DNA of 63,651 bases, counting the filler, from Folioceros fuciformis (Eukaryota), in the NCBI GenBank assembly GCA_049999805.1. It is 17 parts of 17 records of this genome, joined end to end, with 100 filler letters (N's around TTAATTAATTAA, not from the genome) between each part and the next. Parts side by side here need not be neighbours in the genome. Positions count along the whole stretch, not along the records: positions 7,064 to 12,111 come from JBNGIO010006577.1; positions 12,212 to 14,041 come from JBNGIO010006578.1; positions 14,142 to 20,110 come from JBNGIO010006579.1; positions 20,211 to 26,400 come from JBNGIO010006580.1; 13 more parts are not named here. One strand, 5' to 3'. Below, piece after piece: positions 11,216 to 23,800 of this stretch. The notes under the pieces were generated by a model. It searched no databases. It was not told the DNA's origin and worked only from the letters and a program-made list of their open reading frames with translations. Numbering within the stretch: position 1 is the stretch's first letter; each line of letters begins with the position of its first letter. The translations under genes and the position numbers were made by a program.

Positions 11216-11764
11216 AGTAATTGCCGAGACTCTTTGCAGCGTATGAAATCTGAGAAGCTTGACTAATGGAGCGAGAAAGGGAAGCACCTTGCCTTTCTCG
11301 CGTACATATGCAGCTTTGTGCTCTGTAAAGTAGCCAGACGACGGAGGTTCAGCAAACTGAGACTGAATTTTTGAATCCTAGGAATGTTCGATACTCTGTT
11401 AAGAAGGGCAAACCACATGGCAACTCCTTGGGCTAAGAGGCAAAGACCATCTACTAAGCTACTAACTATATATACATAACTGTGTGTTTCGTACAATCCA
11501 AACAAAGAATCCCCATTCAATCGCACATACCCCCGGACTCTGGTACGAAGGGGAACCAATAGCCCGAAGAATTCCCCTGACAGTCGTCAAATAGCCTATA
11601 GTCATTGCTGATGGGCAACCCCATGGGCACGAGAGGGGCCAAAGATCTCAAGACAAGGTTGAACGGCAAAAGTCACAGGCTCTAAATGTTCGTCATACCC
11701 AGATGCTTGGCGTGTGTAATCTCCTCTCCGTAGCCGTGAGGCGTGCAGACCAGATCAACATATT

Positions 11765-12111
11765 TTACAGGTTGAAACAGACGATGCCATCGAGAGTTGA
11801 GATCCCCCTGAGAACCTCCTCCAAGGAAGAGTACCGAGTGAGAGAGGAGGCATCGGCGTCGGATTCATCTTCACCGCCATGGGCCACTATGTGTACAAGT
11901 GCACCATCCTCTGCTGCTGATAAGGAAGCTGGCCACTGATTCCCCTTCCGTGGATACGGCTTGGCATGGGCGTGGTCGGGCACCACCCTCTCAAATTCCG
12001 TGGGATGCCATGCCGGGCAACCTCCATCAAACGCCATGGGCCGGAACTCTTCCGACCGCATCCTCTTGCCTGGCAGAGCTGCAATGAAGCCATTCTCGGA
12101 GAAGACCCACT
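11765..12111 (-). CDS. 3' continuation of the 7064-7575 ORF; PsbP-like, probably truncated or a pseudogene
   Basis: The last 47 bp of the contig equal its first 47 bp, and the frame reads through ...FIAALPGK|RMRSEEF. ALVHIVAH...SSLTRYSSLEEVL resembles the PsbP segment VSVIV...KSITDYGSPEEFL. There is an early TAA at 11765. Confidence 0.4.
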
Positions 12112-13430
12112 NNNNNNNNNNNNNNNNNNNNNNNNNNNNNNNNNNNNNNNNNNNNTTAATTAATTAANNNNNNNNNNNNNNNNNNNNNNNNNNNNNNNNN
12201 NNNNNNNNNNNTAGCAAAAAGACATCTCATGTGATGCACTTCTGGCTCTATATGGCCCAAATCTAAATTACAAAATTCAACACTCTAAATTAGAAGAACA
12301 AATTGCTTCATTCAATATGCTCAAACTCCTTGGTTTTAGCTAACAAAAAAGCTCAACCTTTCAAACGTAGACTACAAAAGCCACACTTTTGTGATCATTC
12401 ATTATTGAGTAGATCTCTCTAAGTTTGAAAATAGATTTTCCTTAGTTAAGCAAGTCTAACTTGGTATCAAAGGTTAATATTTTTTTCTGTACAAAAATGT
12501 ATTATGATGTGATCATTGTTATGATTCATTTCGCTTTACCATCTTTGCATTTAGTCTTCTAACTTTTGGGTTAAGGAAGAGAGATGAAAATGCAACTTTG
12601 AAATTGTGCTAGCTCTTTTTTCCCAAGTCGTAAAAATGCTTTTCAAAAAAATGATATTCTATTATTCTACATTCATACAAAAAAAAACTATTATTATTAT
12701 TATTATTTATGGTGTCTTGCTGTTCCATCATAATTACAAGATTAATAGGATACAAAAGACACACTTGCACTTCTAGAAAATGTGCAATTTTGTGTACACG
12801 TCATCAAAATATTTTGCTCTAGTTACTTTTTGTTTCGCACTTCTTACTTTTACTTTTTGTATACCGCAAGTTAGCACACAATTTGCTACACCAACCTCTC
12901 CTATGGTTTTAGAGGATAGTGCATCCAAGCCATAGCCAGTTAGAACACTAAGCCTATTGGGTATAGTAAAGTAAAACTCCTCGTCGGACTTGTGAAACAA
13001 CCAAGTGGCTTGCACTTGCTTCAAACAAACTAACTACAAATAAGATGAAGGATCACACAACAAAGATCGATTCTGAACTATTTGACCGGCCAAAAAGCAA
13101 ACTGCAACTTAACAAGTTGTCTTTGATCAAGGCAGAGTGTGATTCCTCTAGCTCCTTTGGAAGATTGCTTGTTTCAAACCAAGTATAGCTAGCACAATAA
13201 TGTATATCTTTGATTACAAGTCCACCTAGAAGATCCCAAGTTTCCACTTAGTCCCCCTCTTCAACTAGGACCCCATTGGTACTGCTTCAATGGTCCATGA
13301 CATCTCTTGTAAAAGGTCTTTTGTAGGTAAACGACATCCATTCCTATGCCAATGCTTTCTAACTTCTAGTACTTGCATCCCATTGTGTCAATTTTTGCTT
13401 TCAATGGAGGCAAGAACATAGAGAATAAAG

Positions 13431-14041
13431 ATGCAACAAGCTATGTGTCCCTATCCAATTATTCATCCCATCTTGAAGCACTACACATGCATGGTAGATC
13501 TCCTAGGCCGTGCAGGGCAACTAGATAAGGCACTAGCTTTTCTAAGGTCCATGCCTCTTGTCCCGAATGCTCTTGTTTGGCACACACTATTGAATGCCTA
13601 TTTGAAGGGGAGCAATGTGGAGGTGGTTTACTATGCTTTCAATGAAGGCAAGAAGCTAGACAAGAAAGATGCAGCAGCTTATGTGTCCATGTCCAACATA
13701 TACACGGGTGCCCACATGTGGAGCAGGCACAAGAGATGCAGGCCAGGCGATTAAGAAACAGAGCATGGAAGCAGCTAGGTCAGCGCTTTTCAATAGACAT
13801 GGATGGTCTGGTGCATAGTTTTCTAGTTGGGGATCAGCAGCATCTTAGAAGCCAAGCAAGACTGATGAAACAAGCAAATCTCAAAATGAAGAATGGGTGT
13901 GTGCCACATTTGGACCAGTCACCGCCAAACACATCTAATGATGGAAAGGGTGACCATTTGCTTAGGCGGAAACTAGTCATCCCTTCTGCCCTTAACAACA
14001 CCCCGGAGCATGTCCTCGTCAAGAGCCACTATGTCCAGGGA
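13431..14041 (+). pseudogene. PLS-class PPR RNA-editing factor relic (E/E+/partial DYW)
   Basis: HYTCMVDLLGRAG, MPLVPNALVW, DAAAYVSMSNIY, a frameshift near 13720, then AWKQLGQ...VHSFLVGDQQH. The HSEKL motif is destroyed. Confidence 0.85.
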
Positions 14042-14215
14042 NNNNNNNNNNNNNNNNNNNNNNNNNNNNNNNNNNNNNNNNNNNNTTAATTAATTAANNN
14101 NNNNNNNNNNNNNNNNNNNNNNNNNNNNNNNNNNNNNNNNNAGTTGTTGACTAGCTGACGCTAGACTATTCCTAGGCTTCACTTTGCACCCCCACTTAGT
14201 CGTAGCCGTCAGTCT

Positions 14216-17200
14216 TTACTTGATCACTTCATCCTCTTTCTTCTCGGCTTCAATGTCAGACCTGTGTTTCAAGCCAAGTCCAACAACATGCAAGTTATGT
14301 TTTTCTTTGGTTAGAGCCTTGGTCAGTAAATCAGCTGTATTGTCATCTGTGGGGATGTAACTGAGACTGATTGTCTTGTTGGCTATCGCATTTCTTATGA
14401 AATGCTGTTTCACCTCCACATGTCTAGTTCGAGCATGTGAGATAGGATTCCTAGCTATCGCAATGGTGGACTGGTTGTCGCAATACATTGGCGTAGGATC
14501 CTGCTGCTGGTAACCTATAGTCTCCAAGAAATTCCGTAGGTGCATGACTTCTTGGGCTGCAGCTGTAGCTGCTGCATACTCGGCCTCCGTGGAAGATAAT
14601 GCAACCACGGTCTGCTTCTTTGAGGACCAGCTGACGAGGCCCCCACACACCTTTATACAGTATGCTGAGATGGACCTGCGTGAATCCTTGTCACCAGCCC
14701 AATCGGAGTCCGTCTTGCATTCCATATAAACCTTTCCACTATCCCATTGCTTGCTGTACAAGAGCCCTAGGTCAGATGTACCCTTCAAGTACCTAAGGAC
14801 ACGCTTGGCTGCTATCCAATGCTGCTGTCCTGGGTTGGCTAAGAATTGTGAAGTAATTGATGTCGCATGGGCAATATCTGGTCTGGTCCAACCACTCAGC
14901 CATGGCAAACACCCTACAAGAACTCTATATGGTATGTTCTCCATCTCCTTCTGCTCAGCAGGTGTCTTGGGACATTGGTCTTGTGTCAAGGTAGCCACCA
15001 CTACAGCTGGAGTTGCTGCTGGCTTCGCATTTTGCATGTTGAACTTCTCAAGTAATCTGTTCACATAATGCTGCTGGTGGAGGAACATGCTTCCCGTTAC
15101 TGGATTCAGGAGTGCTTGGACACCTAGGAAGAATTTGCAAGGGCCCAAATCTGTCATTTTGAATTCCGATGACAGGATGCCTTTTACCTCTTTTATCATG
15201 CCATCATCGGATCCAAAAATGATTGTGTCATCGACGTACACCGCTAGGTAGGCAGTCTGCCCTTTCTTCTTATACACATAGACACTGCCATCAGCATCTG
15301 ATTGCTTAAACCCTTTCCTTACAAGATATGTATGCAACCTCAAGTTCCACCCACGATTAGACTGTTTGAGGCCATACTGGGTTTTCTTCAATCTACAAAC
15401 CTTGCTTGGGTGCTTGGCATCAATATAGCCTTCAGGTTGCATCATGTAAACCTCTTCTTCAAGGAGGCCATTGAGGAAGGCCGTTTGTACATCCATTTGA
15501 TGGATGTGGTAGCCTTCTTGGGCAGCAATGGCCATGAGTGTCCTTAAGGATGACGCACGTACAACGGGGGAAAAGGTCTCATTGTAATCTATCCCTTCTC
15601 TTTGGGAGAACCCACGCACTACTAGTCTAGCCTTGAATCTAGCCGTGGTGCCATCAGGGTTGAGCTTCCTTTTGAACACCCATTTGTTTGAAATCGGGCT
15701 CCTTCCATGAGGTAGATCAACCAGTTCCCATGTCTCGTTCTCAATGAGAGAATCATACTCTGATTGTATCGCTGTCTGCCATTGCTCCTTCTCCGGTGAG
15801 TCGATGGCCTCTTTGTAGGATGCTGGTTCACCAAGGTCTTGCGCTGCTACAAGTATTTGAGCCAACATGGCGTTCGTGTTCGCATCCAGCCGTGGGTGCC
15901 CTTCCATGGCAAGTGGCACTTGTTTCCATTCGAGAGGAGAACTTGTATGGTGTCTTGCTGACCTCCTAAGCGGAGCAGGTGGTGTTGGCACATTTGCATC
16001 AGCTTCACCCTCATTTGTGTTGGCCTCAAATGCATTACTGTCATCAGGATCATCTTGTAGTGATGGATTTGAGCCTGGAGCTGAGGTGTGGCTTGAGGCT
16101 TGTGGCAGAGCCGCTTGTGGCTGAATCACACTTGGAATTATCTGCTCAATTTCAGAGTCACTATCGCTATGGAGTTCAGCAGCCGGAGAGTCACTCATCA
16201 TATCTTGTCTCCCCCCCTCTCGGGCACAAGCCGCAGCCAATAAGCTGGTTTCATCAAATATACCAACACGGGTGTGAGTGACATAGCCGGAGCTAGTGTC
16301 ATACACCTTGTACCCTTTGATGCCCTCGGTGTACCCAATGAAGGTCATGGCACGGGCCTGGTAATCTAGCTTCCGCCTTTGGGTCCTTGGAATGTGCATA
16401 TACACACGGCTGCCAAATATTTTCAGATGTGAGATGGATGGTCTGCGGCCGGTCCAGCGCTCAAATGGGGTAGCTCCAGTGAAGGAAGATGTTGGCAGGC
16501 AGTTTTGTATATATGTTGCAGTTTGTACTGCATCTGCCCAATATTGCTTGGATAAACCAGATTGATATAGCATGGCCTTGGCTGCTTCTTGGAGATATCT
16601 ATTCTTAGCCTCTGCCAGTGGGTTTTGGCTGGATGTGTAGGATGAGGTGAGTTGGCGAGCAATGCCAAGAGAGCGGCAATAAGATTGAAAATGGCCGCTA
16701 ACAAATTCGCCTCCATTATCAGTCCTAAGCACTTTGAGGGTCTTCCCAGTTTGTCTTTGAGAAAAGTCAACATATTGCTTGAACATTTCTAAAGCTTCAC
16801 TCATGTGGCGTAGGAAGTAGGTGATGGTATATCTACTGTAATCATCAACTACAGCCATGAAATAAAGGGAACCACCAAGAGATGGTGTGGACATGGGGCC
16901 ACAAAGATCAGTATGGACCATTTCCAATAAATCAGATGCACGGTCATGCTCACCCTTCTTGGGCTTCTTCTTGACCATCTTGCTGTGGATGCAGGCGCCA
17001 CATAACACATGTGTGTCAGTAACAGTCCAGTCGAGCTTCTCACGGTAGAGCTCGTGCTCTGTCATCCGTTTCATCTTCATGAAATTCGGATGGGCAAGCC
17101 TTGAATGCCATAAGAGCTGAGGATCATTGTGTGTAAGACGCTTGGCCAGCAGGACTTGGGATGTCGAATTGGCCTGTAGATTGCCAGCAGGCGATGTGAT

Positions 17201-18477
17201 GCAGTCCAACTTGTATAGATCAGCCTTCAAGGTGCCAAGAGCCAAAAGGTGTCCTGTTTGGGTCTCCCGCAACTCACAATGGTCTTCACTAAATGAGATG
17301 TTGACCATCCAGTCCTTGCAAAGATGCCGAACTGACAATAGATTTTTACACATTTGTGGAACATGTAACACTTGGTGAAGAAGGCGGGTCGATCCATCCT
17401 GCAGCTGGATTTGAACACTGCCACAGCCGGCAACAGCAAGTCCACTCCCATCACCAAGTAGAACAAACTGTCCAGGTGCATAACTGTTGTATTTGATAAA
17501 GCCGTCCCTCATGTAGCATATGTGCGCTGAGGCACCTGAATCGACAAACCAATAATTGTGATCAGTCTTGGTGTGTGCGAGGCACACTGTAAGGACGGCA
17601 TTTGAATTTGTTGTTTTGGCCCGGGCAGCCACATGAGCCTCTGGTGTTTTCCTTAGCTCCCCGGCTTTCTTCTTCCGGCAATCGGCCTCAATGTGGCCTA
17701 GGATGCGGCACCAGTTGCAGGTGAGTTTCCTATGGTTGGGATTCGGCGGAGTTCGACCTTCAATCGTCTTGCCTCTGCCTTGAGATGGTGGTCTTGTTGG
17801 GAAACGGCCACCACGGCCCCTTCTTCCTCCTCTGCCAGTGTAAAGAACCTGGCTGTGTGAGCTTTGACCTCCACGGCTTGAGTGCATGGTCGCTTCCTCT
17901 TCAAGGAGGGCCCAATTGTATTGGATAGAGAAACTGAACTTGCAGTGGCAGTCCTCAAGCTGCTGTTTTGTGTGCTGACAAACACCCGGTATTTGTCTGG
18001 CAATGACATGAGCAAAGCCACTGAAGCTTGCAACTCCGTGACTGTCGTGCCTGCAGATGCCAACTTCTGTCTAAGGTGGCGGAATCGCATCACATGCTCC
18101 TCAACACTGTCCGTGTCCTTCATTTTACAGTTCCAAAAGGATCTGGTGGCATGTACCAGGGAGGATTGGTTGGTAGTCGCAAACATCTGCGACAATGCCG
18201 TCCATGCCATGTGTGATTCACATGCATCATCTATATGGTGGATCATCGAATTGTCGATAGTGGCCTCCAGAATGGCCCTTGCTCTAAGGTCTCTCTTTGT
18301 CCATGCTGCAACGTCGGCCTACGGTGCGTTGGCCCCTGGCTTGGAGATTGTGCCATCCACGATGTCCCACAATTCCTCGACTTGCAGCAAGGTCTTGACC
18401 CTACGAGCCCAGACGTCATAGTTTGATCCAGAAAATCGATCCTTGTCTCTGAAATCCAGCCGTGTAACACTTGCCAT
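14216..18477 (-). pseudogene. gag-pol of copia A (two lesions in gag; 1223-aa knuckle-to-RNase H frame open)
   Basis: In-frame TAG at 18319-18321 and a 1-bp frameshift near 17910 (IG/ALLEEE). The frame 14216-17887 is uninterrupted. Confidence 0.9.
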
Positions 18478-18884
18478 GGTAGCCCCTTTGATGAGCTGAT
18501 GTGCTGGTGACAATGTCAGTCAGGTTGAAAGTGTCCCTTGGGGCAAATGTGTTGGGGCTGTGAACTGCAAAGGTGGTGATTGAAACGGGTTCTCATAGGT
18601 GAGGAGGATCCAGATGCTGTCTACTTCAGAAGCCTGTGGCCAGTCTTTTGCTACAGGGACATGCGCACAGGCAACTCGCGATGGTTGCATTCTCTCTATC
18701 TCAGGACAGGAGGGTCGCAGCAACTTGCTCCTACCATAATTGGCGCCATTGCGCACTGCCTTGCCACACACCACCGCGGCTTGCACCAGCATGCAAGTTC
18801 AACATGCAAGCTCCAACATGCAATTTGCTGCCGCTGCGGGCTGGATCTGCCGCAAGTGGCTGTTGCGCTGGTGTCCTTGTTCAG

Positions 18885-19070
18885 GTGATCCTGGTGCTGC
18901 ACAGCCTGGGTGGCCTGAGCGGAGCAGTTGTGATGGAGCTCCTCCCCCGCAAGGTCGCGGCTGCAATCTTCGTGGCCACTTGCATGTTCCCCGACCCTTC
19001 CTACGAGAAAACTTACCCGCTCGTCGTCAAGGTCTTCAGGGAGGCATTCGCAAAACTCAGTGGCGGATTT
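18885..19070 (+). pseudogene. Captured methylesterase (MES/SABP2-like alpha/beta-hydrolase) exon, antisense within the copia A leader
   Basis: VILVLHSLGGLSGAVVMELLPRKVAAAIFVATCMFP matches the MES nucleophile-elbow region (VILVGHSLGG...ME..P.K...AVF). The 186 nt are bounded by TTCAG and GTGAG. Confidence 0.75.
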
Positions 19071-19992
19071 GTGAGCGCCTTTGTATCACAAATCAGGTGT
19101 CATCAATCTGATGTCACCCCTCGTCAATCACCATCACTTCGGCTTGCACCAGCCTCGAATTGCCACCACAAATTTCTGCCACCGCCACCGCCACACTGCT
19201 TCTGTAGCCGGTTGCTGCAGCCGCCACTCCTGCAGCCGATTGCTGTAGCCACCACTTCTGCAACACAAGTCAGGTGCCATTGCCCAGCATCCAATCAAGA
19301 TTAACCATCCTGCATGCGAAACCGCCCGAATATGGCCTGGTTGGGGTTGCAATGCCCTACTCCTGTCCCTAAGCGCATCTACAGGAATTTGTGTCTGCCA
19401 TGGAGTCGTGTCGCACCACCATCGCCCTGGTCTTGCAACTGATTGTTCCAACTGCCGATTGCCGCCAGGATTGCTGCTGCAGAAAGCCTGCACCCGCCTC
19501 AGATTGCTGCTTGAGATCGTTGTCACCACGGCCTGCACCTGCACTGACTGCTGCGGCCGCGGCCTAATTCTGCCTCCAGGTCTCCGGTGCGTCTCGCCTC
19601 CTGGAGCACGAGGAATCCTGGACATAGCTCTGCCAGTACCCCATGACTCCGGGGACGTCTGGTGCCCCGCCTTACTGCTCACAGCGTAGGGCTGTCCCTT
19701 GTTCTTAGCCAGATTGGAGTCCACATAACTGTAAAATGTCAGACCGGATTTGCGCCTCAAGCACCTCGAGCAACGCAGCCTGCACCACGCCACAATCGTC
19801 GTGCCATGCTGCGCTGTGGCTGTGTTCATCCGATCTCATGCACACGGCACAGGTAAGAAAAAGCCGTTGGCCGTGAGCAGCCCGATGCATCACGGCTTAT
19901 TGCTCACAAGGATGTCATTATTCACTTTTTTTTTTTTGCGAAGGAAAGAAGGATCACAATTGCCTCCTCTCATGGCATCGCTTACCACCTAA

Positions 19993-20004
19993 GCTCTGAT
20001 ACCA
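19993..20004 (-). promoter_or_regulatory. Primer-binding site (tRNA-iMet 3' end), copia A
   Basis: TGGTATCAGAGC on the minus strand. Confidence 0.9.
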
Positions 20005-20379
20005 TACAAAAACAGGAGAAGCAATCTCACTTAGGAAAAATGATCACATGTATCAAACAAGCGAAACTCTTTTTGTCTTGTGTCATGTGCTATGGTGGTT
20101 AGGTATTTTGNNNNNNNNNNNNNNNNNNNNNNNNNNNNNNNNNNNNNNNNNNNNTTAATTAATTAANNNNNNNNNNNNNNNNNNNNNNNNNNNNNNNNNN
20201 NNNNNNNNNNAAATAAGGCTGGCTACTTAAATGCTAACTATATATGCTTTTTCACTACTCCCACTTAGCCAGATCTTCATTTAATTTCATTGCTCCGACT
20301 AGCTGTTAGGGTTTGCTTCCTCTTTCGCCAAGGACCAGGTTTTGATCACGTGCGTGTTGTTGCTGGCTGGCGTGCTGAT

Positions 20380-20478
20380 CTGGAGACAGTACATGAAGCT
20401 GAGCACAGCACTGAAGCTGAGCTGGAGACAGCTCATGAAGCTAAGCACAGCACTGAAGCTGAGCTGGAGACAGCGCAT
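20380..20478. repeat. 42-bp tandem repeat (about 2.4 copies) in the 3' UTR of copia B
   Basis: CTGGAGACAG..CATGAAGCT.AGCACAGCACTGAAGCTGAG starts at 20380 and 20422, with a partial copy at 20464. Confidence 0.85.
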
Positions 20479-20825
20479 GCTCGTTGGAGGCGGCTGCAGG
20501 GTTTTTCTTCACCTAGCACCAGATGCGCCATTCAGAATTCTTCCAAATTGCATGGACAGATTCTTGTGCGCTAGGTCTGATTTCATAGAAGAAGGGCGGC
20601 TCATCATTTGCTATGGTGAGACCCACAGGCTCTGTGAGATTCGATCTCACTACTGTTTTTTTGATCCATTCTCTGTGGTGACCCACTTCTGCCTTGCGCA
20701 GAACCCTGGTGCAGGTGCTCCACTGTGTTGCCAACTCTCCGCTTCAAGGGCTGCTAGTCCTGGAGGTCTGAAGATCTGCATGAAGATTGTGCATGTGCTG
20801 ACCTTGTGGGAGTGACTTTTTGACA

Positions 20826-23800
20826 CTATTTTCCTTCTACCAGACCCAGAGCCCTGCAAAACTTGTCATGCTTGTCCTTTGCTAGGGCTTTGGTGAGCAG
20901 GTCTGATACATTGTCACTGGTTGGTACATATTGCAAGGTTGCCTGCCCGTTACTAATCACTTGTCTAATAAAATGGTGTTTCACCTCGATATGCTTAGTT
21001 TTTGCATGCATAACAGGGTTTTGCGCTAAGGCTATTGCTAACTGATTGTCACACAAGAGCAGGGTAGGTGCACTTTGAGTTTCACCTAGTGATGAGAGCA
21101 GCTCCCTTGCATAAACTATGTCTTGAGCAGCAGTAGCTGTAGCAGCGTACTCTGCTTCAGTAGATGATAGGGCCACAACCTGCTGTTTCTTGGAATACCA
21201 AGAAATGACTGTAGCATCATACTCATGTGCTCCCAGCAACAGGCAATTGGCAGATATTGACCTGCGAGTATCGGCATCAGCTGCCCAGTCCGCGTCACAG
21301 AAACATGTCAGCAGGAGATTCTTGGGCCTCTGCTTATACAGCAGGCCAAGTCTTAGAGTGCCTTTCAGATACCTCATTACCCTCTGTACAACAGTCCAAT
21401 GTGCTGTTCCATAGCAGGTTAAAAATTGAGAGGTCACTCCCACTGCATACGACAAATCAGGTCGTGTCTAGTTCCTGCAGTAAATTAGTGAGCATACTGC
21501 TGACCGATATGGAACCTTTTCCACCTGCTGTCTCTCTGCTTCTGTTTTAGGTGACTGTTCAGTACTCAGTTTTTCCCCAACAGCCATGGGTGTTGCAGCA
21601 GGTTTGCTATCCACCATTCTATACCTTGCTAAAACTTGGCTGATGTATTGAGCCTGGTGAATGAACACAGTGTGCGTTGCCATATTTTGGTGGATCTCTA
21701 TACCAAGGAACCATGTGAATTTACCCAAGTCAGTCATAGAGAACTCAAAGGTAAGTATGTTTTTGACCTTAGCCATTATTGATGGGTTGCTGGCAATAAG
21801 GACTGCGTCGTCCACATAGAGAGCCAAGAAGACCACTCCATTTTTCTCCTCCAGCTTGTACACATTTGAATCAGATTCTGACTGCAGAAATCCTGACTGC
21901 TTGAGGTATGTATCAATGCGTTTGTACCAAGCTCGTGGGGACTGTTTTAGTCCATAGATGGTCTTGATTAGTCTGCACACTTTTCCTGGTTGCTTAGGGT
22001 CCACGAAACCTTCTGGCTGACTCATGAAAATTGTTTCTTCCAGAGTTCCATTCAAGAAAGCAGTTTTCACATCCATGTGCTCCATGGCGTAGTCCCTCTA
22101 TGCTGCTATTGCAAAAAGTGTGTGGACTGAGGTGGCCCTAACTACGGGAGAGAAGGTTTCTGTATAGTCCAGGCCTTCAACCTGACTATACCCTCTTGCC
22201 ACAAGACGTGCCTTGAAGCGTCCTATGCTTCCGTCAGCTGCAAGCTTTTTCTTAAAAACCCACTTGCAGGTTACTGGTTTTCTGCCAGGAGGTAGGTCCA
22301 CCAGTTCCCATGTGCCATTGTCCACCAGCGACTGATACTCTGAATTAATTGCCACTGACCATTTTGCTGCTTCTGGTCCACTGATAGCCTCCTTGTATGA
22401 CAGGGGCTCGCCCAAGCTATCATGTGTGCTATCATCCTGGACAAGGAACGAGCTGTAGGTGAGTGGTGGAGTTACCCACTCGGCTGGCGAAGATGTGTGC
22501 CTCCTACTGCTCCGTCTTGGCAGTTCAGCTTCTGGAGTTGATTCCACCTCAATCTCTGAGGTTTGACCTTGTTCAGGTTCTGTGATGGTAGCATCATCCT
22601 GATTGCAAGTGTGGTTGTCTTCTGTCTCCCCTTCATTTGTATCACTATCAGCTGCTGCAGCTTGAGTGTCATTCGAGGTTTCCCCATCCTCGTCATCCGG
22701 AAAAACACTTGCTGTCTGGTCGACAGTGACTACTGGCACATGAGCAGTGTGGGTTGTGGTGCTTGTATGCTGATAGGATACCTCACTCGTTTCCCCTTAG
22801 AGATCTCACTTGTGGATGCTTCCTGTTCAGGTTGCACGTTCGAGGACTCAAGTGGCGGTGTGAGAAGTGAAAGCTCATCAAATACCACACTTCGGCAATG
22901 GGTAATGTTTCTGGTGTTTGGATCCAACAATTTGTACCCCTTAATTCCTTCCGTACAACCCACAAAAATGTACTTGCGCGCTTTATAGTCAAGCTTGACT
23001 CTTTGGTCCTCAGCCAAGTGTGCGTATGCTGGCGCACCGAAAATTCTGAGGTGATTTATTCGTGGCTTGTGGGTTGTCCAGCGCTCATACAAAGTTGCTC
23101 CTGTGAACACACTGGTAGGAAGTCTGTTTCTGATGTACACTGCTGTACTGGTTGCTTCAGCCCAGTACCCACGTGGAAGACGTGCTTGCTGGAGCATTGC
23201 TTTTGCAGATTCTTGTGTGTGCCGATTAGAGATTTCTGCTATTGGATTCTGTGCAGATGTATATGGGGTAGTCAGCTGTCTGGCTATGCCCTGTCCCTTG
23301 CAAAAGCTAAAAAAGGCATCCGAGATGTACTCGCCTCCGTTATCACTCCTCAAGGTTCTCAGCAATTCTCCTGTTTGCCTTTGTGCAAAAGTCACAAACT
23401 CCATGAAGCATTCCAGGGTTTGGCTCTTCTGCTTGATAAGATACACAATAGTGTATCGGCTCCAGTCATCTATGAAAGATAGAAAGTACCTTGCTCCACC
23501 AAGTGAAGTTGTGGACATGGGTCCACAAAGGTCTGAGTGTACAAGCTCCAAAAGCTTGGTAGCACGAGTAGGGTTACTGTCTTTATAGGGAGCTCGGTGG
23601 AGTTTACCAAACACACACGCCTCACAGAAGGTCTTCTCAGCATGCTTCATTAAAAAAATTTCACGGTAAAGTGAGCTATTTTTTACCATCATATTCAGCT
23701 TGTCAAAGTTTGTGTGACCCAACCGGGCATGCCAGAGCTTGGCGTCACGCTCATCCTGCAATGATTGTGTTAGGTTTGCCATTGGTCTGCAACGTTCATA

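Larger units (their letters stand above)
14142..20110 (-). mobile_element. Ty1/copia LTR retrotransposon A (near full length, LTRs cut by the contig ends)
   Basis: PBS at 19993-20004 and gag from 18477. The pol region has the knuckle CNWC..GH....C, PR (VDSGAS), IN (HHCC, DDE), RT (YVDD) and RNase H (DSDWAGD). PPT AAGTGGGGG at 14189-14197, with the 3' LTR starting TG at 14188. Confidence 0.95.
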
